From an uncultured delta proteobacterium (GTDB lineage Bacteria > Desulfobacterota > Syntrophobacteria > Syntrophobacterales > Syntrophobacteraceae), in NCBI GenBank assembly GCA_963808625.1, contig CAWEHK010000035.1, positions 46,489 through 110,488 of the forward strand: 64,000 bases of DNA. The letters are read 5' to 3'. Both the position numbers and the translations under genes were made by a program. Shown here piece by piece: positions 1 to 9,697 of the stretch. Every line of letters begins with the position of its first letter. The stretch's first letter is position 1. The notes below the pieces were generated by a model that saw nothing but the letters and a program-made list of their open reading frames with translations, did not search any database and was not told where the DNA came from.

Positions 1-209
1 CGCCCGGAACCGTGAGTGACATTGTCGAAACTCAGTTCGGTTACCATTTGATCAAGGTCACCGACAAGAAGGACGCCTCCACCGTCGCCTACGACGAGAT
101 CAAGGGCAAAATCGAAGATTACCTGAAACAGCAGAAGGTCAACGAGCAATTGGGCCAGTATGTCGCTCAGTTGAAGAAGGGCGCCAAGATCGAAACATTT
201 TTGAATTAA
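1..209 (+). CDS. PpiC/parvulin-type peptidyl-prolyl isomerase, C-terminal end (5' part outside window)
   Basis: SDIVETQFGYHLIKV parvulin motif followed by helical tail ending LKKGAKIE. Confidence 0.85.
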   Translation, partial: PGTVSDIVETQFGYHLIKVTDKKDASTVAYDEIKGKIEDYLKQQKVNEQLGQYVAQLKKGAKIETFLN

Positions 210-264
210 GAGACCGGCAAGACCTGGCCGGGGCCTAATTCAGGCCCTGTCGATTCAGTTTTTT

Positions 265-392
265 GTGGGGCAGGCTTTCCAGCCTGCCAATCCCATTCTG
301 TGGTGCGGCTTTTCCCCTGCCCTTTCGGTTTAGTGGTGTTGGCTCTCCAGCCTGCCAATTCGGTCATGGCAGAACGGAAAGCCTGCCCCACA
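265..392. repeat. REP-like palindromic doublet, family GTGGGGCAGGCTTTCCAGCCTG
   Basis: Inverted pair gtggggcaggctttcc / ggaaagcctgccccac; same motif recurs near 47978 and at 54466-54525. Confidence 0.75.
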
Positions 393-570
393 AAACCGCT
401 CTGCAACCAACTTCTTATTCTTCTGCAGCCGCCAATCCGGAAGTCGTGCTGGACGCCCGGCCTTTTTCTGATTGCAATCCTTGGTCAGACGGGATAAACC
501 TTTTCCCTGCCGCTAATCACGTGAAATCCCGAGGTCTTTGCAGGAAAACAACCTAACCGGATGGTTCAGG

Positions 571-2143
571 ATGGAAAGGTTTCCCTTCACCGAAGCAGAT
601 CGGCAGCAAATGCACGCGCTCGAGATCAGCGAGGATCAGGTGCGGGCGCAGCTCGCAGTGTTTCGAAAAACCCCGGCATGCATTCGTCTGCAACGTCCCT
701 GCACCCTGGGTGAGGGCGTGCATCAAATCGCGAAGGCCGACCTCGAAAGCTATCTCGAATGCCACGCCAGGGCCGCGCAGGAGGGGCGCTTCCGCAAGTT
801 TGTGCCGGCCTCCGGAGCGGCCACTCGCATGTTCCAGTCCCTCCTGCAGATCTACCACCTTCCCCAATACCTCGAGCCCAAAGAGCTTCACCGAAAAGCG
901 AAGTATGGCGTCGCCGTGGCGTGCGATTTCCTGAAATTCGTGGAGGGCATTCGCCAGTTCCCATTTTGTCAAGATCTCGAGACCGCCCTTGCCAGAGACG
1001 GCCTGGACCTCAGCGACCTGATCCATTCCCACCAGTATCGGACTATTCTGGACTATCTCCTGACCGACCTCGGGCTCAATTATGGCGGCCTCCCCAAAGG
1101 CCTGTTGAAGTTTCACTGCTATCCGAACGGATGCCGCACCGCCTTCGAGGAACACCTCGAAGAAGCGGTGTCCTTACGTTGCGTGCGCAAAGGGGATTTG
1201 CCGGATTCATTTCACGGTCTCTCCCGAACATGAAGAGGGCTTCAGGCGGCTCTTTGAAGAGGTTAGACTTCGCAATGAAAAGCGGCATGGGGGCGCCTTT
1301 GAGGTCAGCTTCTCCCACCAGCACCCGTCCACCAACACCATTGCCGTGGACATGCGCAACCGCCCCTTCCGGGATCGTTTCGGGCGCCTCGTCTTCCGGC
1401 CCGGGGGGCATGGGGCGCTCCTCGAAAATATCAGCGACCTCCAGGGCGACCTCGTTTACATGAAGAACGTTGACAACGTGAGTCAGGGTCGGTTCATGGA
1501 TGCGATCGGCTTCTGGAAGCGAGTTCTCGGGGGATGTCTGGTGGCGATCGAAGGTGCGGTGCACGAGCATCTGCGCCGTCTGAAAGCCGGCGTAACGCCG
1601 GGTGCGGTCACCGAGGCCGAGGCCCTGGCGGCGGAAAAACTGCTCGTGCGTTTTCCCAAATCCTATGCCGAATGGCCTCTCGATGACCGGCATGCCTATC
1701 TGGAGAAGAAACTGGACCGGCCGATTCGCGTCTGCGGCGTCGTCAGGAATGTGGGCGAACCGGGTGGCGCCCCGTTTTGGGTGGAGGACCGTAACGGAGA
1801 GCTCTCCCTGCAGATCGTCGAAAAGGCCCAGGTCGATTTCAACTCCCCGGAACAGCAGGAGATCTGGAACTCATCCACGCATTTCAATCCGGTTGACCTT
1901 GTCTGTTCCGTCAGGAATTATGAGGGCAGGCCCTTTGACCTGGCACACTACGTCGACCACGATGCCGTCTTCATTTCCAGGAAGTCCATGGGAGGGAGAA
2001 GCCTCAAGGCCCTCGAACTTCCCGGTCTGTGGAACGGTGCCATGGCCGAATGGCTCACGGTGGTCGTGGAGGTCCCACGGATTACTTTCAATCCGGTCAA
2101 AACCGTTTTCGATCTCCTCAAACCCGAACACCAGCCGGAGTAG
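571..2143 (+). CDS. DUF4301-like protein (nucleotide-diphospho-sugar transferase-like), one frameshift near 1173
   Basis: KFVPASGAATRMF, LPKGLLKFH, FRPGGHGALLENI, GEPGGAPFW, THFNPVDL and ALELPGLWNGAMA motifs span ORFs 538-1233 and 1346-2143; the frames join after one indel. Confidence 0.8.
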
Positions 2144-2149
2144 CGGAAG

Positions 2150-2390
2150 GGAAGACAGGAGACAGAAGACGGAAGACAGGAGTCAGGAGTCAGGAGTCGG
2201 GTAGAAGTAGCAGACAGCGTAGACAGGGTAGATAAGACAGGATCGATCAGGGGAGACAGGAGTCAGAAGTCAGGAGTCGGAAGCGGGACGGTTGATGGTT
2301 GATGGGTGAGTGGTTGATGGGTTGATGGGGTTGATGGTTGATGGGTTGATGGTTGATAGTTGATGGTTGATGGTTGATGGTTGATGGGTG
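2150..2390. repeat. Short tandem heptamer repeats (AGTCAGG/AGACAGG, then GTTGATG arrays)
   Basis: Directly visible tandem arrays. Confidence 0.9.
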
Positions 2391-2532
2391 ATTTTGTTCT
2401 GGCGTATGTTGATGTTTCTCTTTATAAGGGCTCTCTTTACAGAAACGACACACCTTCGGGCAATCGAGGAGTGGTCAGAAGAATCGTTGCCGGGTTTCCG
2501 ACAGGGTATTTCGACGAACATAAGGGAACGAC

Positions 2533-3459
2533 ATGATGCGTGCACAGAACTGGATGGTTGATCTACGGACTCGCAATCTGGCAAGTGTCTACCGGGTCAG
2601 GAAGACACTTGTGTTCACCTCATCGCGCTTCCAGGAAATCCTCATTGTCGAAACCGTAGGTTATGGCAAAGCCCTTTTTCTTGACGGGGTCCCTCAGTCT
2701 GCAGAGGCTGATGAGTATATCTATCATGAGGCATTTGTTCACCCGGCCATGTTCATTCATGCTGCGCCGAAGAAGGTGTTTGTTGCCGGGGGCGGCCCCG
2801 GGGCGATGCTGCGGGAGATCCTCAAGCATGAAGCCGTCGTGAAAGCAGTTATGGTGGATATCGATGAGGAGATGATCAGCGCGGCCAGGAAATATCTACC
2901 GGGCTGGCATCAGGGGGCCTTCGAAAACCCTCGGGTGACCTTGAAACACGAGGATGCCAGGGCCTTCCTGGCTGATTCCGGGGAAACCTACGATGTCATC
3001 TTCATGGACTGTACCGACCCCGTCAAGGACAGTCATGCCGCGTTGCTCTTCACCCGCGAGTTCTTCGAACTGGCCCGGTCGCGGCTCGATGCCGGGGGCA
3101 TTTTCGCCATCCAGGCGGAACAGACCAGCCCTGGCGAACTGACCGCCCACCTGTCGTTGGTCAAGACCCTCAGGGAAAGCTTCAGGTCGGTCGTTCCCTA
3201 CCAGGTTTGGGTCCCCTTTTTCGGGGCGCCGTGGGGATTTGTCATCGCCAGTGACGAACCGCTGGAGCCGCTCCTCAGCCCGGAGTCCCTGGCGCCGCGC
3301 TTTCAGGAGAAAGGAGACCTCGGCTTAAGGTTCTATGACATGGAGTCCCACCGGCACATGTTTGCCCTCCCCAAATACCTCCGCGATGCCATTGCAGACC
3401 CGAATCTGGGCGCGGTCATTCACGATCACAAGCATCTGGTGATCGGGGGCGACGCATGA
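2533..3459 (+). CDS. speE: Spermidine synthase / polyamine aminopropyltransferase
   Basis: GKALFLDG-QS-DEYIYHEAFVHPA, GGGPG, VDIDEE, YDVIFMD-TDP motifs. Confidence 0.9.
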   Translation: MMRAQNWMVDLRTRNLASVYRVRKTLVFTSSRFQEILIVETVGYGKALFLDGVPQSAEADEYIYHEAFVHPAMFIHAAPKKVFVAGGGPGAMLREILKHEAVVKAVMVDIDEEMISAARKYLPGWHQGAFENPRVTLKHEDARAFLADSGETYDVIFMDCTDPVKDSHAALLFTREFFELARSRLDAGGIFAIQAEQTSPGELTAHLSLVKTLRESFRSVVPYQVWVPFFGAPWGFVIASDEPLEPLLSPESLAPRFQEKGDLGLRFYDMESHRHMFALPKYLRDAIADPNLGAVIHDHKHLVIGGDA

Positions 3460-3801
3460 CCTTCTCTTTTGGTAGACCTCGCCCAAGACCTCCTCTTATC
3501 TGCCCGGGCTACGAGAAGACACTCCACCCCGGCCCCATTCTCCAAGTCTCTCGTTCTCAAGCACGTATTCATACCCTGTCATCCCATCTAAAAAGAGCGC
3601 GTCGAAGTTCACTGCGTGAAGAGCATCATCGCCTCTTTCGCTCGATGTCCTCATTCTGACTTGGGTTAACGGGAGGCGGGTTTTCCAACCGCCAGGCGAC
3701 ATCGGTTCTAGCGGCAATGTCTTCATCCTGAGCAGAGACCACACAATCCTGATCCTGCCCGGAAAGCAAGTGGGGGATTACCCCATATGCATCAGGCTAA
3801 G

Positions 3802-3954
3802 TACAGCACAGCAGAATAAAGTGTCCATTACCACCCGGTCGTCATTCCCGCATGCTCTTAGCGGGAATCCAGGGAATTTGCACAGCCTGAATTCCCGCCA
3901 GAAACACGCGGGAATGACGAGTGGCATTCGGACACCCATTTATGCGGGGGCGTA
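3802..3954. mobile_element. MITE-like element with imperfect 25-bp terminal inverted repeats, flanked by CTAAG, carrying a GTCATTCCCGC/GCGGGAATGAC palindrome doublet
   Basis: Near-identical copy at 50792-50942; both copies bounded by CTAAG direct repeats. Confidence 0.75.
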
Positions 3955-4013
3955 CTAAGGGGTTTACCCGAGGTGGATTTATGCCTGCGACCGCTTGCCA
4001 GTCGGATGATGAA

Positions 4014-4236
4014 TGCCCTGAAAGGGCTTCATAAAAAATAGCCCAGGGTCAGCAAGAGCGCCACCCTGGGGAGGGGAAACCCAATTTCCTTTTCTTTACC
4101 CTGAAAGGGTTAGATAAATCGTTGTACCGCTATGTTTTATGTAACCCATTCAGGGTAGATAGTCGTGTTGTACCTGGCTCCCCAGGGTGGCGCTATCGCT
4201 GACCCTGGGCTAATTTATCGAGCCCCTTCAGGGCAG
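4014..4236. repeat. Long nested inverted repeat (REP/REPIN-like, GCCCTGAAAGGG family)
   Basis: gccctgaaagggc...tagcccagggtcagc...gcgccaccctgggg pairs with ccccagggtggcgc...gctgaccctgggcta...gccccttcagggc. Confidence 0.8.
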
Positions 4237-4275
4237 TAAAGTTAGCTTGATGCAATTGGGGATTGCCCCCCACCG

Positions 4276-5712
4276 GTGAAGCGAAGTCCGCCGCGCTCTC
4301 CCACGAGCATGCTCCGGTCCCTTCTCCTCATGACCCATCTCAAAATTCCCAGCATCACCACGTGGGTCAAACAAACGCGCACCGTTCCGCTCTTTGCCGT
4401 TCTCGCCGGCTTTGAACGGGATGACACGCCGGGGATCGGGACCTATTACGATTTCTTCGGGCGCCTCGTTGATGGTCCCTATCAGAAACCCTGTCCCCAT
4501 CGGGTCAGGGAATCTCAGGTCCTCAAGGGACGGCATCAGAGAAACCTCGGAGCGGAGAAAAAGGCCCATCTGGAAAAGCACGACCCCTCGTGCCCCCAGT
4601 CGGAAAAGCTTGCCAATGAACTCCTGGCCGATGCTGACAAGCCGCGACCGCAGGGCCTGCCAAAGTTCCTCGAAGACCTCCTCATCAAGATCGCGATCGT
4701 CCCAACCATCCAGGACGGCCTCGTTGACAATCCACATGAACTCATCGTTTCCGGCGATGGCTCCATCCTCGTCACGGCCGCCTCACCCCGCGGCAAACCC
4801 ACCTGCGCCTGCCGCACCCACCAGTGCGACCATGAACGGAGCTACACCTCGCCCACCGCCAAATGGTGCTACGATCACTACCGCGACACTTACTTTTTTG
4901 GCGATCGCTATTATCACCTGGTGCTCCATCAGAATGGCCACGACCTGCCCCTGCTCACGCTCTTGCCAGGTGGCAACGAGAGCGATTTCACCCTCTCCCT
5001 CAAGGCCTTCGACCGTTTTCTCAAGGCCGCCCGGGAACACGGCCTCGATCTGAACATTGCCATCTTCTGCGGCGACGGCCACCATGACTCCCACGCCCAC
5101 TACCGCTATTTCCTCAAAAAGGACGTCAGTCCCGTGATTCCCCTCGGCGAGAACAGCAAAAAAACCTATCCCCATTTGCTCGATGAACAGGGCGTAAAAC
5201 TTGACAGCGACGGCGTACCCCTTTGCCCGCAAGGAATGCGCATGCGCCACCATCAGTATCAGGAAAGCCGCCACACTCATGTCTATGGCTGCCCGGCAAA
5301 ACGCAATACCCATCGCGACGGCAAATCAGTCTATGTCATGCACCTCGAGGATTGCCCGCAACAGAAGGACTGTGCACCCGAAAGCGTTCTCGCCCCTCTG
5401 GTCTACATCAAATCCGATACCGACCCGCGACTCTATCCCCCCATTCCTCGCGACAGTGAGCGCTTTAAAGAGCTCTACAAAGAGCGCAGCGCCACCGAGC
5501 GCTGCAACGCCCTCAATGACACCTGCAAACTGGATCGATCATGCCGAAACGCCAGCTATGGACTGATTCGCCTGACTCTGGCGAACATCGTCGAACATGC
5601 CGTGGTCCGCAACCTGGAAGCCGTGAAACGGTCCTCCAGGAAGAAGCTCCTGGCCCAGACCCTGAGCATGATCGGCATCATTTACCGCGAGGAATTCTTC
5701 AACAGCGGATAA
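4276..5712 (+). CDS. DDE transposase (IS4/IS5-superfamily-like), probably N-terminally truncated
   Basis: SGDGS, CGDGHHD and Y-ERSATER-N (Y..R...E signature); starts abruptly at the PR-P-SMLRS motif with no clear RBS. Confidence 0.75.
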   Translation: MKRSPPRSPTSMLRSLLLMTHLKIPSITTWVKQTRTVPLFAVLAGFERDDTPGIGTYYDFFGRLVDGPYQKPCPHRVRESQVLKGRHQRNLGAEKKAHLEKHDPSCPQSEKLANELLADADKPRPQGLPKFLEDLLIKIAIVPTIQDGLVDNPHELIVSGDGSILVTAASPRGKPTCACRTHQCDHERSYTSPTAKWCYDHYRDTYFFGDRYYHLVLHQNGHDLPLLTLLPGGNESDFTLSLKAFDRFLKAAREHGLDLNIAIFCGDGHHDSHAHYRYFLKKDVSPVIPLGENSKKTYPHLLDEQGVKLDSDGVPLCPQGMRMRHHQYQESRHTHVYGCPAKRNTHRDGKSVYVMHLEDCPQQKDCAPESVLAPLVYIKSDTDPRLYPPIPRDSERFKELYKERSATERCNALNDTCKLDRSCRNASYGLIRLTLANIVEHAVVRNLEAVKRSSRKKLLAQTLSMIGIIYREEFFNSG

Positions 5713-5992
5713 CGATAGGAGTCAAAATGTAGGATTGCTGCTGCCAAACTGAATCAAAATAACCTTCGCCCGGCCGAAAGCCCCTTTCGGACCGAACACC
5801 CGAGCTGTTCCCCTTGTTTCCGGAATGCCCCGCAACTCGACCCAGGATCACCCGTTTTGACCGACCTCCGACCGTCTATCCCCACCCAATGCCCCCCCAA
5901 ACCACCGCAAAACACCCCCGCCACACCAACACGAACCGCCTTCAACAACCAATGGGCTCTCGGATTTCAATTCCGAGAGTTCTCGAAGAAGG

Positions 5993-8740
5993 ATGAACGT
6001 TTTGAAGCCAGATCTGCAAGTGACAATCAAGACATTGCTGGGTAAGGGTCTGAGTCAACGGGAGATCGAACGAAAGACGGGGATCGATCGAAAGACCATC
6101 CGGAGGTATGATCAGTCAACCAGTTTGATGGGGTTGCAAGAAAGTGAGCATTCAAAATCCCCCACTGAGCAAGATGTGGCCACCGGGTCGGGAAAGCCAT
6201 CGGTGGACAATCCCCCATCCTGGCCACCGGCTCAGAAACCAGACTTCCCCAAGCATGTTCGTTCCGCCTGTGAAACGCATCGGGAGTGGATCCAGGAGCA
6301 GGTGAAGCTGGGCCGTAATGCCATGGCCATCTACCAGGATCTGGTGGAACTGTTCGGTTTCAATCACCGCTACAACAGCGTGAAGCGGTTTGTGCGGGGG
6401 CTCAAAAGACAAGACCCTCAGCAGTATGACCGGCTGGAATTCTTGATGGGAGAAGAAGCCCAGGTGGATTATGGGCTGGGCGCACCGACTCTTCATAGCA
6501 GTGGGAAGTATCGGCGCCCCCGTCTGTTCATCATGACGTTGAAGTATTCAGGGCGTGCCTTTCGTAAAGTTGTATGGCGATCGAGCAAGGAAACGTGGGC
6601 CAAGCTGCATGAGGAAGCCTTCCGCTATCTTACGGGGTGCCCCCAATATGTCACCCTGGACAATCTCAAGGAAGGCGTGATCAAGCCGGACATCTATGAA
6701 CCGGACCTCAATCCTCTCTATGCCGCCATGTTGGAGCACTACAAGGTGGTGGCGGACCCGGCGAGGGTCAGCGACTCGGACCGCAAGGGAACGGTGGAAA
6801 ATGCTGTGAAACACACGCAGAACACCGCCCTGAAAGGACGCAAATTCGGCAGCATCGAGGCCCAGAATGAATGGTTGTTGCACTGGGAAAGTCGCTGGGC
6901 ATCGCTGCGGATCCATGGCCGGGCCAAACGCCAGGTAGAGGAAATGTTTCAGGAAGAGAAACCCTATCTGACGGAACTGCCCCTGAGGCCGTTTCGCTAT
7001 TTTCAGCAGGAGACCCGGACGGTCTACGATGACGGGACGATCCAGGTGGGCAACTCCTACTATGCGGCGAGTCCCGCTCCGTTAGGCAGTGAGGTGATGG
7101 TGCGGATCTTCGATGAAGAAATCGAGATTCTCGATCCTCGCCGGATGGAGGTCATTCGTCGACATCCAAAGAGTATGCGGGCGGGTTCCTTGATGATGGA
7201 ACCCGGGGACCGGATCTTCAATCCGTCTCGGGAAACGGACCGACTCTTGGCCCAGGCCGAAGCCATCGGCCCGCACACCTTCGGCTTGTGCGAGCAATGG
7301 TTTAACGAAGAAGGGCGCAGCGGCCAACGCCGGATGTATGGCCTGGTTAATCTGGTTCGGCATTACCCGGCCGACACCGTGGAGAAAGCGGCAGAACTGG
7401 CCAGACACAATGGACTGAGAAGCTCCAAAGCCTTGCGGCGGATGGTGGAGAGCATGGCCGCGGAAGCCGGGGAAAGGAAGGTCGAACCATCCGAAGGGCT
7501 CACGCAAGACCATCCCTTGATTCGCTCGGGTGAAGACTACGCCGCCTTCTGGGATCAGCATGCCGCCCAAGCGGCGCCTGAGGCCGGAGCCGTCCCAAAG
7601 GAGAGCATTCCCTCCAGATCGCCCATCATCTGCCGGGAGCAACTGCCCCAAATCTGGCGGCAAGCAAGTTGGCTGAAGGTGATCGAGGTCTTTCAACTGA
7701 GTGTAGACCACAAGCGCCGCCGCCGAGACGATGAAATCTGGCTCAAATCACCGTTTACGCTTGAGGAGCAGGCCTCAATGCACGTCAGTTTATCGGCAAA
7801 CATCTACAAGGATTTCAGCAGCGGCAAAGGCGGCGGGATCATGCAATTCTGCCGGGAGATGCTGCGCCGGCAGGGTCGGGAAATGACCATGTTCGAAGCA
7901 GCGCAATGGATGGTAGCCGAAGGAATCTCCACGGCGAAGCCCGAAACCTTCCGTGCACACGGCGAGCGGCCGCAGCCAGAGGCAACAGGCCATCCCCTGG
8001 TCTCCAATCACATCAATCGCGCCATCGAAGTCGATCTGCGCCGTTATCTGCGCCCGGATCATCCCGAATGGCGTCGTCGGGGCATATCCGCTGGCACCTG
8101 CCGCTACCTGGGCTGTGGGTATTTGCCAAAGCTTGCCAGGGGAAGTGCGGCCTCTCCCCTCAACTCCAGGTTAGTGTTCCAGATTCGCGGCCTGAGAGAA
8201 AACGGCCATGATCTTCAGGCGATTATCCTGAGTCATAGCGGACGGGCACTCTCCCGTGAACAAGAAGACGCGGATGGAAAATACTGGAGCTATCCGTTCC
8301 GGAAAGGTTGGGAAATCTACAATCAGGATCAGCTTCTGTTAGATGCGGAAGCTCGCCGTCAAGCAAACACTTTTGGCCTGGTTCTGGTGGAGGGGTTTTT
8401 TGATGTGGCCAAGCTGGTGGAAGCAGGTTGCCGGAACGCCGGCGCCTTGATGGGCACACACCTCTCCGGGGAACAGATCGAGCGGTTGGCGTGGCTTCGT
8501 TCCCGCATCCGGTTCCCTCGGATCGTGTTGTTTCTGGACCGGGACCAGGCTGGGCGCAACGGAGCCCGGCAGATACGCGAGCGACTTCGGGGTCACCACT
8601 TCGAGGTGAACGTGTTTGACTGGGATCGGAACATCTCCTGGAATGGTAAACACCTTGAGCCGATCCCGGACGCTATCCAAGACCCGGCCGACATGCCGGT
8701 GGAACAACTTCAGCAGTTGCGCAGGGAAGGCATCATTTAA
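5993..8740 (+). CDS. istA: IS21 IstA transposase fused to a C-terminal DnaG-like primase (CHC2-like domain, catalytic core, TOPRIM)
   Basis: HTH (SQREIERKTGIDRKTIRRY), DDE triad AQVD / TLDN / KGTVE; then KSPF...YKDFSSGKGG, RLVFQI, SGRAL, KYW, VLVEGFFD, ALMGT, FLDRD-AG, DPAD. Confidence 0.88.
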   Translation: MNVLKPDLQVTIKTLLGKGLSQREIERKTGIDRKTIRRYDQSTSLMGLQESEHSKSPTEQDVATGSGKPSVDNPPSWPPAQKPDFPKHVRSACETHREWIQEQVKLGRNAMAIYQDLVELFGFNHRYNSVKRFVRGLKRQDPQQYDRLEFLMGEEAQVDYGLGAPTLHSSGKYRRPRLFIMTLKYSGRAFRKVVWRSSKETWAKLHEEAFRYLTGCPQYVTLDNLKEGVIKPDIYEPDLNPLYAAMLEHYKVVADPARVSDSDRKGTVENAVKHTQNTALKGRKFGSIEAQNEWLLHWESRWASLRIHGRAKRQVEEMFQEEKPYLTELPLRPFRYFQQETRTVYDDGTIQVGNSYYAASPAPLGSEVMVRIFDEEIEILDPRRMEVIRRHPKSMRAGSLMMEPGDRIFNPSRETDRLLAQAEAIGPHTFGLCEQWFNEEGRSGQRRMYGLVNLVRHYPADTVEKAAELARHNGLRSSKALRRMVESMAAEAGERKVEPSEGLTQDHPLIRSGEDYAAFWDQHAAQAAPEAGAVPKESIPSRSPIICREQLPQIWRQASWLKVIEVFQLSVDHKRRRRDDEIWLKSPFTLEEQASMHVSLSANIYKDFSSGKGGGIMQFCREMLRRQGREMTMFEAAQWMVAEGISTAKPETFRAHGERPQPEATGHPLVSNHINRAIEVDLRRYLRPDHPEWRRRGISAGTCRYLGCGYLPKLARGSAASPLNSRLVFQIRGLRENGHDLQAIILSHSGRALSREQEDADGKYWSYPFRKGWEIYNQDQLLLDAEARRQANTFGLVLVEGFFDVAKLVEAGCRNAGALMGTHLSGEQIERLAWLRSRIRFPRIVLFLDRDQAGRNGARQIRERLRGHHFEVNVFDWDRNISWNGKHLEPIPDAIQDPADMPVEQLQQLRREGII

Positions 8741-8784
8741 AAAAAGTAATCACCGGATGAAAAAGAAAACAAGGAGCCAAACCG

Positions 8785-9585
8785 ATGGACATGCCGAACG
8801 CAGAAATCCAAAGACATCTTGGGGCGCTTCGCCTCCATGGTATGAAAGCCACCCTGGAGCCCCGACTCATTCAGGCCAATCAGGGCGCTTCCTTTATAGA
8901 GATGTTTGCCTGCCTGGTGCAAGATGAGCTCGATTGGCGGAGCTCAAGGCTTACTGAAACCCGCTTCAAGGCCTCCGGTCTCACAGAGCGACCCACTCTG
9001 ACGGAATTCGATTGGGGCTTCAATCCGAAACTGCCCAAGAAGGAAATCTATGAACTGGTCAGCGGCAAGTTCATTCGAGACGGCGATGACGCCCTGCTGA
9101 TCGGGGCGCCGGGAACGGGCAAATCCCATATCGCCAAAACGGTGGCCCACTCCGCCATCCAGACCGGCTATAAAGTCGTGTATCGGGAAGCTCACACCTT
9201 CTTCGAAGACCTCTTCGAAGCCACTCAGCTCAAACGGAGAAAAAAGATGACCAAGCTCTTCTCCGAAGCAGATCTCTTGGTCATCGACGACTTGTTCCTG
9301 CGAAAGAAAGTCAACGATCACGCTACCGACGATTTGCTCGATATTATTCTGAATCGCTATTCCTCCAGGAAAAGTTCGATGATAACCTCAAATCGACCCC
9401 TGGAGGACTGGGGAAAACTCCTTTACGACAATGCCGCCTCCTCGGTCATCCTGTACCGCCTCCTTCACCGGGGCCATCTGCTCAAGTTCGAAGGCAAAAG
9501 TTATCGCCTCAAGGAGGCATCGATCCGGTTGACGGAAAACAAACGAAAATCTCTGGATGAAAAAGGAATAAGCTTGGATCTCTGA
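8785..9585 (+). CDS. istB: IS21 IstB AAA+ ATPase (DnaC-like)
   Basis: Walker A GAPGTGKS, Walker B LLVIDDL, ITSNR, RLLH, GKSYR; RBS AAGGAG upstream. Confidence 0.92.
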   Translation: MDMPNAEIQRHLGALRLHGMKATLEPRLIQANQGASFIEMFACLVQDELDWRSSRLTETRFKASGLTERPTLTEFDWGFNPKLPKKEIYELVSGKFIRDGDDALLIGAPGTGKSHIAKTVAHSAIQTGYKVVYREAHTFFEDLFEATQLKRRKKMTKLFSEADLLVIDDLFLRKKVNDHATDDLLDIILNRYSSRKSSMITSNRPLEDWGKLLYDNAASSVILYRLLHRGHLLKFEGKSYRLKEASIRLTENKRKSLDEKGISLDL

Positions 9586-9697
9586 GCAGATTAACGGTAG
9601 GTTATTTCTCTACTGTCGCCGAAGCACTTCGACCCGACTACAGGGTGGGGGATTTTGACCCGGCCACAAGTGGGGGATTTTCAAGTGGCCATCCGGG

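Larger units (their letters stand above)
5993..9697 (+). mobile_element. IS21-family element (istA-primase fusion plus istB); right end intact, left end not found
   Basis: istA/istB pair; tandem terminal repeats GTGGGGGATTTT at 9645 and 9670; junction with the integrase gene at 9697/9698. Confidence 0.85.

Noticed and set aside
2150..2390. CRISPR array (also considered 29040-29153 and 52202-52408)
   Set aside because: Short tandem or two-copy repeats without unique spacers; no cas genes
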